A stretch of DNA of 64,000 nt. Origin: Octopus sinensis (taxonomy: Eukaryota). Within the stretch, counting starts at the first letter, position 1. Every line of letters starts with the position of its first letter. Under the pieces are notes generated by a model, which saw nothing but the letters and a program-made list of their open reading frames with translations, made no database searches and was not told the DNA's origin. The stretch covers positions 135,346,001-135,410,000 of the forward strand of contig NC_043000.1 of the NCBI RefSeq assembly GCF_006345805.1, given 5' to 3'. A program made the position numbers and the translations under genes. Below are positions 1 to 13,057 of this stretch, piece after piece.

Positions 1-45
1 GTCAATTTGGTGGGATTATAAAAGCGTTGACCCGCTTCTAAGGAA

Positions 46-528
46 CTAAACGATCAATTTAGATGCTTTCCGCCAACAACTAATGAAACTAGAGGAAGCA
101 ATTAAAGAAAAACGGCCAGAATCGGCCATTCGTAAAGGAATCATGTTCCACCATGACAACGCTAGACCACACACGTCTGCTAACTCGTGAAAAATTATTG
201 GAGCTTGGTTGGGAAAAGATGTTACATCTACTATATAGCCATGATCTTGTACCATTAGATTACCATTTATTTCGAAGTTTGCCAAATTCTTTGAATGGTA
301 AAATTTTCAATAATAATGATGACTTGAAATAACACTTGCTTCAGTTTTTGGCTGATAAAGACCAGAAGTTTTATGAGCGTGGAATCATGAAGTTGCCAAA
401 CGGATAGCAAAAGGTCATCGAACAAAATAGAAAATATATAATTGATTGAAGTTCATTGTTTGTATGAAACAAAAATGACTGACTTATTTCACACTAAAAA
501 ACCGAAATTACTTTCTTGCCAACCCAAC
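46..528 (+). mobile_element. Mariner transposon relic: 3' part of transposase plus right TIR
   Basis: Hand translation gives KGIMFHHDNARPH...YSHDL(V)PLDYHLFRSL...FYERGIMKLP...KVIEQN with stops and frameshifts. It ends in a mariner-type TIR (CCGAAATTACTTTCTTGCCAACCCAA). Confidence 0.9.
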
Positions 529-584
529 ACATATATAATACAAAAACATTCGCACACTGCGATAGTCAATAAAACAGAAAGAAA

Positions 585-653
585 ATTTTAAAAAATATTC
601 TTTCTCTGCGGCCCAGTACCAAATGATCCACAGGCCGGTGGTTGGGGACTCCT
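585..653. mobile_element. hAT/Charlie-like MITE terminus
   Basis: GCGGCCCAGTACC...GGCCGGTGGTTGGGGACTCCTG resembles the termini of hAT-Charlie MITEs; only one end is seen. Confidence 0.45.
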
Positions 654-1267
654 GGTTTACAGTATTTCTGTGTCTGTGAGAGATACATGTAAGGGATTAA
701 ACTAATTGATGTAAAGTGTTGAGTATTGCAAAAATTTCGGTTTGTACAAGAGAACGGTATAAATATGAGAGACAAGTTGTGTGTGTGTGTTGAAGTTATC
801 ATGAAAACGATGACACTCATTTTCATATAATCTCATCAAGCTAAATAGTCATGTTATTAAGCTTATAGAAAGCTGCTCATAATTACTATATTTGAAATTT
901 CTATTCATTGCTCATCATCGAGCGTTTAATTTTGATGTGCGAGAAATCAGTTGCCAAATGCTTCCAAAAAATGTAGACTTTTTCAGAAATCGAAAATACT
1001 GTGTTCATTTTTAAGGTTATGCACTACGTTTCATATCTTTTAATATTCCTTTTTATGAAGTAAATGTTCATATGTATAAATCCCATACTGATAAAACACA
1101 TGTAAGGGTTTATTGCCTATCTACATGGGCATGTGAAAATCTGAGAAAGCGTTTTGTGGAAGAAGTCCCTCTCCACGACCCTAGTGTTGTCTAAGGGAGA
1201 AACTTCTCTTAAACGCCAGTACGAGGCAGATGCAACCGTCAGAATATTGCTAATCAACTGCCCTTGA

Positions 1268-1465
1268 CTCTCTTTTACTCTTTTACCTGTTTCAGTCATT
1301 TGACGGTAGTCATGCTGGAGCACCGCCTTTAGTCGAGCAAATCGAATCCAGTACTTATTCTTTGTAAGCCTAGTACTTATTCTATCGGTGTCTTTTGCCG
1401 AACCGCTAAGTTACGGGGGCGTAAACACACCAGCATCGGTTGTCAAGCGATGTTGGGGGACAAAC

Positions 1466-1500
<35 letters not shown>

Positions 1501-1676
1501 CACACATATACATGACAGGCTTCTTTCAGTTTCCGTCAAGCAAATCCATTCACAAGGCTTTGGTCGGTCCGAGGCTATAGTAGAAGACACTTGCGCAAGG
1601 TGCCACGCAGTGGGACTGAACCCAGAACCATGTGGTTGGTAAGCAAGCTCCTTACTACACAGTCACTCATACGCCT
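1268..1676 (-). mobile_element. tRNA-derived SINE, family A (full length)
   Basis: Reverse complement of the copies at 4642, 6160, 22962 and 39917: tRNA-like head with A/B boxes, internal CA microsatellite, GACTGAAACAAGTAAAAGAG-type tail. Confidence 0.92.
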
Positions 1677-3179
1677 GGTAATTTTTTTATCGACTTCGAA
1701 TAATTGAGAAGCAAAGTTGACCTTGGTGAGATTTGGGCTCAAAGTGTATAGAACTGGAACAATTACTATGTACAGAAGACGGGAATTCTTTGAACTTCCG
1801 TGATCAGAATATAGCTACATCACTTGGCGTTTATTTTCGACAAATAAATGAACTGAAGCAGTATAATATAATGTACTGTGTCCAGCAAGAATTTGAACTC
1901 ACAGTCAAATACTTCAAATTCGTTCGGTCATCTGCGTTGCATTATTTAAAACTCAATCTTCCAATGAAATTATCCTAGTTTTTGTTTTGCTACCATGGAC
2001 ACAAAACGTTTCATTTATTATGTCACAATATTGCATATGTGACGGCAGTTGGGATTGATGAAAAAACTAATAAAATACAGCGGAATCTAATAATATTAAA
2101 ATTTGCTTGGAATGTCTTCCACGGTATTTAATATTTTCTCCGTGTCGTTGTTATGGAACATGGTTACTTGTTACGTACAAAATCAACAGCAGAGGTAAAT
2201 TATCAAACTGACATCTGTCTTACTCTAGGTTCTGTCTTGTTTTTTTTCTGTAATATTCTTCTTAGGAATGTCTTTCTGATTTAACTGCCGAATTTGTTCC
2301 GACTGGGTTGTTGGTATTGGCTGTTATTTCTTTCAGTAAAATTGATATTACTGGCGTACGTAATTATTTTGACTAATACACCATTTTTACATTCTGGTTT
2401 CAATTCTCGCTGGAGTCGCCTTTCCCTTTCAACATTCCGAGGTCGATAAAATAAACAACAGCCACATATTGGAGAACATTTAATTGAGTGTACTCTCTCT
2501 TTAAAATATGCGGGCTATATTAGAAGCAATTATTAATGTATATATATTCAAAAACCTTGTCCCGGAGGCCTTATTATTTCGATTATTGAAACTTAGCATC
2601 TTTTAAAACAAGGTGGTGAATATCTCATAATTATAACGCTTGATATCAGAAACAGGCACAGCAAGATTCGATCTGGGGACTATAAACTATCTGGCTATGT
2701 TTCTATGTGTAAAGTACAATTTAGAAAGTTAAGGGTGTGACGAGAAAAAGTCAATATTTCACGGAAACAAATTTTCGAAGAGTTCCGTCAAATAGTTTAC
2801 AAGGAAGTTAGGTAACACACATGTACGCAAACACACACACACACACACACTCACGCATGCACGCAAGCCCCCCCACACACAAAACATAAATGCGTGTATG
2901 TGTACGATCGTATACTCTTGTACTCTCCTGAGGTGTTAAAAATGATTTTACAGGCATATATTTCATTCAACTGCTTTGTGCGTCTCTAGCTTATACATTT
3001 TGACATTTTGAAATATATTAACTGAAGAAGGTGTGTAAGGAATGTATTTCCTGTTATATATTACGATCTGAAACATATTAAATATTTTCAAAATATCATT
3101 TGGTTTGACTTCATTATTACAAATTAAATACATACATACATACATACATACATACATACATACATACTACATACATACA

Positions 3180-3212
<33 letters not shown>

Positions 3213-3230
3213 GTATATATATATATATAT

Positions 3231-3553
3231 AGGAGCACTCCGTCGGTTGCGACGACGAGGGTCGCAGCTGATACGATCAACGGAACAGCTTGCTCGTGAA
3301 ATTACCGTGCAAGTAGCTGAGCACTCCACAAATACGTGTACCATTAACTTAGTTCTCGGGGAGATTCAGCGTGACACAGCGTGTGCCAAGGCTGACCCTT
3401 TAAAATACAGGGACTACTCATTTTTGCCAGCTGAGTGCGACTGGAGCAACGTGAAATAAAGTGTTTGGCTCAAGGACACAACGCGCAGCTGTGAATTGAA
3501 CTCACAACCTTAGGATCATGAGCCGAATGCCTCTAACCACTAAACCATGCGCT
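3231..3553 (-). mobile_element. tRNA-derived SINE, family C
   Basis: Minus strand has the head GCGCATGGTTTAGTGGTTAG...GTGAGTTCAATT, then GTGTCCTTGAGC..ACACTT..TTGCTCCAGT. Related copies at 11705 and 56230. Confidence 0.8.
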
Positions 3554-3559
3554 TATATA

Positions 3560-3790
3560 TCGTCATCATCATTATCATTTAATGTCCATTGTCCATTCTG
3601 GCATGGGTTGGTAGGTTTGACTAGGGCTGGTAAGCTGAGGGGCAGCACTAAACTCCGGTCTGATTTGGCATAGTTCCTACAGTTGGATGCCCTTCCTAAT
3701 GCCAATCAATCCGAGAGTGTAATGGGTGATTTTACGTGCCACGGCTCGGGTGCAAGTTGTGTGACACCAGAATCCGTCACGACTTCGATT
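3560..3790 (-). mobile_element. SINE-like element, family D, (ATG)n tail
   Basis: Shares GGATGCCCTTCCTAA.GCCAA and the CATCAT tail with 29041-29306. Confidence 0.7.
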
Positions 3791-4427
3791 TCACTTGGTT
3801 TGATGAGTCTTCCCAAGCACCGCATAAAGGGTGTGGAATGACAAAGACGTTAGGGAGTTTTGACGAACTACCTTGTATTTACTTATGGCCCTTTATTTTC
3901 AGAACTTGCTGGTTCGGTACAATAGGGTCAATGAAGTACCAGTCAATTTAATCGACTTTAGTCAATTTAATCGACTGTACCATCCACTTCTCATAATTTC
4001 CGGCTTTATGTCAGTATTACATATATTCACCATTATGTTATTATTTTGTTTGGCCAGAGGTCAGCCTTGGCTGATCAGACATATCACCAAAACACCAAAA
4101 CATGTCAGCCGTATATCTTCAGGCATAATTTAATGTACCCCGGATTATATAATCCAATGTGTCCTTTTTCTTAGAAGAGTAGGTATGATACAAGGGAAAT
4201 TCTATTTATATTTCTACCTGGTTTAGCGATAATATAGAAGCCTCTTCATGGAATTATCTTTATCATATCGTGGGAGTGGTGTATCGTGTACCTTAATTCT
4301 CATTTTTATGGCAGAATCATTAGTGCATCTGTTTACAGTCTGATTTAAATTCCGCCTAGGTCAACGTTGCCTTTCATCGACTAATCTCATCCCCAATATT
4401 TCAGGCATCATGCCTATTGTAGAAAGG

Positions 4428-5930
4428 TTTATTATTATTATGTTATGTCTTGGGTTTTCCTTAGTTTATACGAGTTGCACTCAAGTCTTGATCAGAGACG
4501 TCGAGGGACTACAGGATTTTGCATCAGCAGATGCTAACAGGTGAGGTACAATGCATCTAAAAACACTGATGTCTGTGGGAGAGAAAAGAAAAGAGTAGTG
4601 AATAAAGTTGCATTTACATAGGAATTCACGTAGAATGTGTGAGGCGTAGGAGTGGCTGTGTGGTAAGTAACTTGCTTACCAACCACATGGTTCCGGGTTC
4701 AGTCCTACTGCATGGCACCTTGGGCAAGTGTCTTCTATAGCCTTGGGCCGACCAAAGCCTTGTGAGTGGATTTGGTAGACGGAAACTGAAAGGAGCCCGT
4801 CGTATATATGTATGTGTGTGTGTGTATGCGTGTCTGTGTGTGTGTGTATGTGTGTGTGTGTGTATGTTTGTGTGTCTGTGTTTGTCCCACCCCATCATCG
4901 CTTGATAACCGATGCGGGTGTGTTTACGTCCCCGTCACTTAGCGGTTCGGCAAAAGAGGCCGATAGAATAAGTACTGGGCTTACAAAGAATAAGTCCTGG
5001 GGTCGATTTGCTCGACTAAAGGCTGTGCTCCAGAATGGCCACAGTCAAATGACTGAAACAAGTAAAAAAAGAGTAAAAGAGTACCCATGAGTATGATCTT
5101 TTGTAATTTGTTTGTTTTGGGCTGCCAAGGATTTAGTCCACATACTTGTTTGCTCCACTTGATATCATTCCAGGTGTTCCAATGATAACAGGTAATGTTT
5201 ATTGTTTTGAGATGCCACATTCTTCCGATTTAAATCTCCAGATCCTTATACTTGCTCATGTTTTTCAAACGTTTTTAGAGATGTGTTTTTGTCGGTTGGG
5301 GCTGCAACATCAATCTGAAGAGAAATTTTTTTAACATGATTTTTCACAATGAGTTCAGATCAGTCTACCTGCATTTCTCATTTAGTCCGAAGACGGAAAT
5401 TCCAAAAGATGGTAGCCTCAGCATTCTGGGCAACTTGTAGTGGCTTGTGTCCCCCTCTAATCGTTTGTGTGTGCGGGGGTGGTGGTGTTATGTGCGACAT
5501 ATTGACCAATATATGTACTGAGCTGCCCTGTCATGTCTTTGCAACAATTCAGTTGGTACCAGTCTACTGCATCCAAAGATTATGTGGTCAGCTGTTTCTG
5601 AATGTTCTTTGCGTATGTGGCATGATGAGCTGTTTTCATATTTCAGGATATTACTCTGGTAATTCCTCGCCAGAAAGGACTGGTCCTGAGCTGCAACGAT
5701 ACATCCCTCAGTTTCTTGTTTGAGACCAGAGTATGACAGTCACTGATGGATAAGGGCCTCCTCCTCCACCACTCCTCATCCTCCTCACACCCCCTCCTCC
5801 AATCCCCCTCTGGAGCGATTTCCTGATGTCTGAACTGTGCATCCAATTGCATAACTCTCGAAATCCCTCGGTGGAACCTCCTTTCGGCCGCTTGTATTGG
5901 CGAGTGCAATCCTTCGGTCATTACTCAACA
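4428..5930 (-). mobile_element. R4/Dong-like RLE-clade LINE, 3' fragment interrupted by a SINE
   Basis: Minus-strand translation: LKQETEGCIVAAQDQ...ETADHIIFGC...RHD (CCHC knuckle region), KYKDLEI..RMWHLKT...LQKIILMGT. It resumes beyond the SINE as HILREFL, then a 3'UTR and TAA tail at about 4430. Confidence 0.8.
4642..5081 (+). mobile_element. SINE family A inserted in the Dong-like LINE
   Basis: AGGCGTAGGAGTGGCTGTGTGGTAAG head through GACTGAAACAAGTAAAAAAAGAG tail. Confidence 0.92.
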
Positions 5931-6159
5931 TTTGTTGCTATGGGCGGGATAGACATGAAAACCGAATTAGAGACAGCAAGGTTGGCTTTTATACTTTATC
6001 AACATCTAAATTACGAAAGGCATTTTGCAGGTTTTGAAATCAAAGAAGATATATATGACTGTGCAGTTTTAATTAAAACTACATTTAGTAGACTAAATAG
6101 TTGCACAAACAATAACAACTTTACAAAAAAAATAAAAAAATAAAAACGAAGCAAATAAT

Positions 6160-6503
6160 AGGCGCAGGAGTGGCTGTGTGGTAAGTAGCTTGCTTACCAA
6201 CCACATGGTCCTGGGTTCAGTCCCACTGCATGGCACATTGGGCAAGTGTCTTGTGAGTGGATTTGGTGGACGGAAACTGAAAGAAGCCCGTGGTATATAT
6301 GTATGTGTGCCTGTGTTTGTCCCCCCCCAACATCGCTTGACAACTGATGCTGGTGTGTTTACGCCCCCGTAACTTAGCGGTTCAGCAAAAGAGACCGATA
6401 GAATAAGTACTAGGCTTACAAAGAATAAGTCCTGGGGTCGATTTGCTCGACTAAAGGCGGTGCTCCAGCATGGCCGCAGTCAAATGACTGAAACAAGCAA
6501 AGG
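6160..6503 (+). mobile_element. SINE family A (short internal deletion)
   Basis: Same head and tail as the other family A copies. Confidence 0.92.
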
Positions 6504-7249
6504 AAAAATATTAGAACAATGAACAATTGTTTGGATGAATATTACAAAGAAAACAACACAGAGAATCTAAAGAATATGGATGTATGGCTCTGATTATTTA
6601 TCTATTTCGTACATGTTACATGTAACAAGCAAAAACAAGTAATCCAGTTTCATAACAACGACACGAAGAAAACATGAAATACTCTAGAAGACATTCTACC
6701 CTAATTCAAATATTATTTGATTCATTTAGGTTTTATCAGTTGTTTCATTAATCACAGCTGCCCTTCACACACGCACACAAGCGTAAAAGTTTTATATGTG
6801 TATGTACTGTATAAGTATGTACATACGTATGTATGTTGTCTATTTGTTTGTATGTATGTATATGTATACGTATGTATGTATATGCATATATAGTTGTGGG
6901 CATATGCATAAATATCTAAATGCAAGCGCATGTATATGTATTTATATATAGTATAATACACGCAAATCATGTATGTATACACACACACTCGCATACATAT
7001 ATATATACACACATATACATAAATATATTGTAAATAAAACGTGAAAATCAAAGTTGGAATTCCTTTGATTAATATGCACACACACTCGCATACACACACA
7101 CACACACATATATATATGCACATATATACATACACACACACGCACACACGCACACACGTAATTGTGAATAACTGACGAGTCGTTATCCGTATCCTTGGTA
7201 ACATCACAAAAACAAGGACATTTTCACATGGAAAATGCTGTTTGAATTA

Positions 7250-8560
7250 ATGTCATGTCGTCAACGTTTTTAGCTCCATTTTTATCCTGACACTCAGCAA
7301 GCATATAATTAAATTACGGTCGCGTCTCACCACACCGACTTCGTCATTACGTCTTACTACACTGGCTTCGTCGCGTTCGTCATCATGTTGTGCCACTCCT
7401 GCTTCCTCACGTTCTACTACTCCGGTTCCATCAGCTTCGTTGTTGCGTCCTGCCACTCCGACTCTTGTCAACTTCGTCGTCGCGCCAAGCTATACCAAGT
7501 TCCACGACCTCACCAGTTGTTCTTTCCGGTTCGGACGATGACTCGAGGAGTGAGTATTTTTCTAGTTCAGAATCAGATGATTCCGATAGCGATGATGATA
7601 TTCCAGTGAATCAAAGGTACAGGCGGGCTGCAGTGAATGGCCCTGCACAACAGAATGTCGTCTGGCGAGCGAGGGACAATTTCGTCCAACGTTTTGGGTT
7701 TACTGGCACGCCTGACATAAAGGTAAACCTTGGACATAGAAGTTCGCCATCCAAATCTACGAGTTTTTGACGAATGAAATGTTCCAATATATAGCGGAAG
7801 AACCGAATGGCTATGCTGAAAACGATCCCCAGCATGTCCGATCCGGGCATGGCGGTGATTGGTTTCCAATCACAGTGGACGAAATCAAAGTTCTGCTTTC
7901 CCTGCTGATACCGGTGGACATCGTGAAGAAACCGACCCTGGCGTCATATTGGAATCGGGTTCCAGCCACGTCGACACCTTTCTTTTCAGAAACGATGACA
8001 CGTGATCGATTTTTGCTGCTTCTTCGAAATCTACATTTCAACTAAGGCGAGAACCAGGATGACAGGCTGCACAAAATACGTCATATCGTTGACGAAGTGG
8101 CTAAAAATTTCAGAATGGTGTATGTCCTCACACAGGACTTTTGTACGGACGAGATTTTGTGTAAATTCAAAGGAAGGCTCCGATTCAAACGACCAAATAT
8201 GCTCGTTTTGGAGTCAAGGTTTATGAAGTATGTCAGTCAAGTGGTAGAACCTGTATGTATACGTAGAATTACAAAATCTACACTGGTCAGGAAAGATTGG
8301 CTCTTCCAGCATCTGCTGTAGCGTCAACTGATGTCGTGTTGTCGCTGAATGAAAACTTCTTTGATAAAGGCTACACTATTTATATGGACAACTGGTTTTC
8401 TAGTCCAGACCTCTTCCTGTAGCTGGAGACGAGGACTAATGCCTGTGGGACTGTGTGGACGGATAGGAAAAATATGCCGCTCGATATTCTCCAGATAAAA
8501 CTTCGAAAGGGGAAGCAGCGTACCGATGCACCGATAGTGGCATTCTCGCTCTAGTGCGAC
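7250..8560 (+). mobile_element. piggyBac transposase pseudogene, 3' truncated
   Basis: Acidic N-terminus, FGFTGTP, WFPITVDEIK, YW..TPFFSETMTRDRFLLLLRNLHF, DRLHKIR, DEILCKFKGR, FGVKVY, GYTIYMDNWFSSPDL, ACGT. Frameshifted; left boundary uncertain. Confidence 0.9.
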
Positions 8561-8561
8561 G

Positions 8562-9539
8562 TCTGTATGTTCTAGCAGCTCCTAATAAACTTTCTTCACT
8601 ATTACCTACATAGAAGTCTATATCTAATCTAGCTAACTCCACGCAGTCTTCTACTGATATTAACCCTCTTCCAGCTTCCTTTCTAGGTAAGTATAATCTT
8701 GCTACTCGTGCTTTTGGGTGGAGTCCTACATTTATATTGAATTCCTAGTTTTTCTGTCTAGCTTTGCTAGTATACTGAATATGCTCAAACAGTCTCTTAT
8801 CCATAAGTCACTGGCTTTCTTATAATCTATCCATGCTATTGTTAGATTTTTCTTTCTAGATTTTATTTAATTTAGAACTGCTTTGTCTATGTACAATAAG
8901 ATCATGTATTCCTTTAGCTTTCTTCCTGCAATCTTTCTGTTCTTCTGGCAGTAAATTCTGGTAGCTAAGATGCTCGTAAATGCTTTCTGAAAGCATTTCT
9001 GTTAGCAGCTTCCACACTAATGGTAAGCAAATGATTGGTTAATAATTGCTAGCTGTTTTGTCCTTCATAAGGAGTACAATTCTCCCTCTTGTCATCCAAT
9101 CTGGTATTATTCCTCTATTAAGGTTCTCTCAGTCTCCAATAAATCTGGTCCTGGCCCCTTCCATTTTTCGTAACACTTTACTCATTAATGCACTAGTTAG
9201 TCATATACCTGGTTGCTTTTCATTCACTACTACTTCTTTCACTTTCTGTAACCATACTGCATCTCCATTATGATTGTTTGGCTTATCCAAAATATTACTT
9301 CAGAACTTTCTAGCTTTTCTGCTTTAGGTTTCTCATCTTCAGTACTTTCTTCTCGGTTATTTATTTGGTTATAAAATCTCATCTGGCCTGTCTCAAATAA
9401 TCTGTTCTGTTGATACTGAGCCCTCATAGACCTGGCTGTTCCAAGCAGTGTGCTGTTTTTTCAAGTGCTCCACCTTTATTGCAGCCCCTATTTGTTCCAC
9501 GTATTTCTCGAGATTTTTGCTCACTGTTCCCAGGGCCCC

Positions 9540-9540
<1 letters not shown>
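8562..9540 (-). mobile_element. R4/Dong-like LINE, deleted and rearranged fragments
   Basis: Minus-strand IIGALGTVSKNLEKY (RLE C-terminus), QYQQNRLF, IPDWMTRGRIVLL, ICLPLVWKLLT, AWIDYKKA, LHPKARVARLYLPRKEAGRGLISVEDC. Confidence 0.82.
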
Positions 9541-9609
<69 letters not shown>

Positions 9610-9640
9610 GTTGTTGTTGTTGTTGTTATTATTATTATTG
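9541..9640. repeat. (TAT)n/(TGT)n microsatellite
   Basis: Directly visible; a second (TAT)n tract lies at 9761-9815. Confidence 0.95.
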
Positions 9641-9760
9641 TCTTTGCACAGCTTCTAACGCTAGAGATGTACTCCGGTGTCACTACCAGTGAGCTGAGGT
9701 AACCCCCCCTTATTTTTCGAGTACCATCCGGAGTATTCGAGCGGTTCCAAGCAGAGATCC
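9640..9760 (-). mobile_element. R4/Dong-like 3' end between TAA tracts
   Basis: Minus strand reads SLLGTARILRMVLEK-stop, a short 3'UTR, then (TAA)n; it is also preceded by (TAA)n. Confidence 0.8.
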
Positions 9761-9815
<55 letters not shown>

Positions 9816-11330
9816 GCTTTAATGTATTTTGATGAAAATTCCGGAATGATTCTTTTTGAATGACTACAACAGAACATTTTCTATGTCACAAATAGTAATT
9901 TCTACGAGATGCTGACTATCATTATTCCGACAGTGTACAAAATGTACTTCCAATAATTTGTTAATGAAATATAACAGTGATATATGTTTAAACTGTAATA
10001 TCAGTATCTTATTTCTAGAGTTGAATAACATATTTTAGAGAAGAGGCTAATATTAGCAAAATATACATTTATATCTGTCAGCATTGTGACAGCCAATGCC
10101 AAATACTACAAGATCCCATGAAAACGAAACCCTAAAGGATTACTATTAAAATGAAAATTAACCGTTTTGCACTAATATTATTCAAACCGGATGATAAACC
10201 ATAAACAAATTTGTGGCAACAAGTTTACTTCATGATAAATTGTTTCACTCGGCGTCCAAGCTAGTAAGAAATTCACAAGACAATGTAATAGATTTCTAAA
10301 CAAACATTGAAATGAATATAATAAAAAGAAAGTAAATCGGTACACTGTATACTTAAAATACACTGTGTATTTGTCATTAGTTATCATTTAGTAATGTTCA
10401 TTTAATATTTCAGATAATTTAAAAATAATGCAACAGATACATAAACCGCGCTATCCAGTTTCATCATATAGACAGTTTGAATAAAACGGAACGGTTAAAA
10501 ATAACCCTTGAAATTTCGGCCAAATGAGAATAATATTCATAGTTCTGTTCCATATTACAACTTTGTGGCGGCAATCGCAATATATTAAGTCTTCTTTAGT
10601 ACGAATACATTTAAACTAGATTTACTTGATGTAATCGTGTTGTAATAGATAAAACATTATACATATCAACTGGACGCAGCAAAACGAGTAAAATACGTTG
10701 GAAATTTTGAAAGAAAATGACGTAATCAATCAAAAATGAATAACTGCTGCTTGTAATCATCTTTCATAGCAATTGAACTTTTTAAAGATACATTACGGAG
10801 GAGAAGAGGGCCAGTGCTTCTAACCTTTGCAGTTTCCGCTCAGTCAGATGAGATTGATGGAATTGATGGTTAGTCAGAACATCTGCAAGCTAATGTATTT
10901 GGGAAAGGAACTGGTGTCTTGATCCGAACATTTGCAACTGGGTGAACTTTGCTAATAGAAGGATCAAGGGGTATGTTTGTATGAGTGTGGGGCCTGTGCG
11001 GGGTTGTGGTGCGTTGCTGTGGGAGTGTGACTGTGGTGCGTGTGTGTGTGTGAGCGTATGTGTGTTAAACAAGTCTCCTTGACCTACCGTCCAACAGAAG
11101 CTAGGTTTGACTAGATCTCTCTAGAATGTGTTATGGCATCGAAATTAATGCTATTTAAAGTCGTAGTGGCTATGAGGTAAGAAGCTTTCTTCCTAACCGC
11201 ATAGTCTCGGGTTCAGTTCCACTGCATTGCAATTGGGCGCCTTCTACTATAGCCATGGCCCGACCAAAGACTAGTGAGTGGATTTAGTAGACGGAAATTG
11301 GAAGAAGCCTGTCGTGTATATATATATATA

Positions 11331-11677
11331 GTTTATTTAAAGCAGCAGAAAATTCAACAAAACCTGTTACTCTGAGTTTCCCGTTGCCGTTCATCGGACA
11401 GTTTTTGCTAGCAAAAACTGTCCGATGAACGGCAACGGGAAACTCAGAGTAACAGGTTTTATTGAATTTTCTGCTGCTTTACATAAAGCATATTACTCTA
11501 CCACTGGTATTTGAGTACTCTTTTTTCCACCTTGTTTCACATTTATGTGTTTACTCCGGTATATATATATATATACTTTATTTTAAGCAGCAGAAAATTC
11601 AACAAAATCTGTTACTCTGAGTTTCTCGTTGCCGTTCATCAGACATATATATATATATATGTTGCCGTTCATCAGAC
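11331..11677. mobile_element. Palindromic Penelope-like/retrozyme-like element with hammerhead motifs
   Basis: Near-perfect palindrome of about 78-bp arms centred on GCTAGC (11407-11412), plus further partial copies, all bounded by (TA)n. Confidence 0.7.
11418..11455 (+). ncRNA. Minimal type-I hammerhead ribozyme motif (mirror copy on - strand 11364-11401; copy with canonical CTGATGA on - strand 11609-11645)
   Basis: CTGT-CCGATGA-ACG GCAA CGG-GAAAC TCAGA GTA-ACAG. Stem I is CTGT/ACAG, stem III is ACTC/GAGT, cleavage triplet GUA. Confidence 0.7.
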
Positions 11678-11704
11678 ATATATATATATATATATATATC
11701 ATAT

Positions 11705-11952
11705 GGACACCCCCGTCGTTAGACGACGTATGAGGCAATTTCTTGCCGAACTACCACACATGATTTGTTCATAGTGACCAAATGTTTGTGTACACATAAG
11801 CTCACCCCCTCCATCAAACCCACATTACCTGTACAGGTGTACTGTACAGCAACGTGAAAGGAAGTGCTTTGCTCCAGAACACAATGGAAATCGAAACCAC
11901 GATCACGTGTTCGGGAGTGCAACACCCTCACCACCAAGCCACGCGCCTTCAC
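11705..11952 (-). mobile_element. SINE family C variant
   Basis: tRNA-like head GTGAAGGCGCGTGGCTTGGTGG on the minus strand; tail similar to the 3231 copy. Confidence 0.7.
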
Positions 11953-13057
11953 ACTCACACACACACACACACATGCATGTATGTATCTTTGTGTCTATGT
12001 TTGTCCTCTTACCACCGCTTGACAACTGGCGTTGGTATGTTTACCACCTCGTAACTTAGCAGTTCGCCAAAAGAGGCTGATAGAATGTACTAGGCTTTAA
12101 AAACATAAGTGCTGGGGTCGATTTGTTCGACTAAGAAAAACCCTTCAAGGCTGTGTCCCAGCATGGCCGCAAACAAATGACGGAAACAAGTAAAAGATAA
12201 AAAATGTATCAATATATATCGTCGCTATTATGTTAAACTGTCGTATGTTCAAATTTGGTCAAATGCATTTGTTTCAATATTCATTTTTGATTGCAATAGC
12301 CGGTTCTATCGTATCTGCAGCTGCTTCAGATGCCAAGATATCAAAAACCGTCTAAGTGTAATACAACGGTTTTGCTATGGAATGTTGAAACTATTCTTTC
12401 GTTTTCTGAAAAAGCAACCTTTTGGACTTACGACACTTTTGCATAATAGCAACAATATATATATATAAATTAGTGAGTAATGGCATATTTAGGTAAATCT
12501 CTACCCTGTGTATTCCACACGCTCCAAAACACTTCACACAAGGCCATTACAGTTTCCTCGTTTCTAAAGAGAGGATTTTATATCGATCGTCGCTACAGTC
12601 AAGACTAACTGGTTCGAGAATGCTGAAAAGTCTAGATTTGGACAGGGTGCATTTAATTATATTCCCGACCACGGTGTGTTCTAGCAGTCTATCCCCATTA
12701 ATTCAGCAAGACAAGAACTGTTATTTACGGTTATCTATGACTACTGCATTCGCACCGGAAAGAATCACGATTCGATCACTTAAGCGAAGGGCAATGAAAA
12801 TACGCAATTCTAGGTTGAAGAGGTTCGTAGCAGATGATGAGGAAAAGGCTCCCGATATTGGAAATCTGTCTGAAATTATTCTATTTTTGTCACATTGAAT
12901 GGCATCTTCAACGAGCAAATCAACAGCTTCTCCACAAGGCGGATCCTGTCATCCCATCATTTATTTCTCCTTCAGCTCAAGAACTCACTGATGTACCAAT
13001 GTCCACTTTGATAGTACGTCCTCAAGATATTGGGAAGCTAAGCTAAAACAAATGAAA

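Larger units (their letters stand above)
11160..12200 (+). mobile_element. SINE family A split by nested insertions
   Basis: 5' half 11160-11315 and 3' half about 11975-12200; a palindromic element and a family C SINE sit in its internal microsatellite. Confidence 0.8.

Noticed and set aside
12480-13030. Possible old LINE fragment (also 10790-10980)
   Set aside because: Only vague similarity, with no diagnostic motif recoverable by eye.
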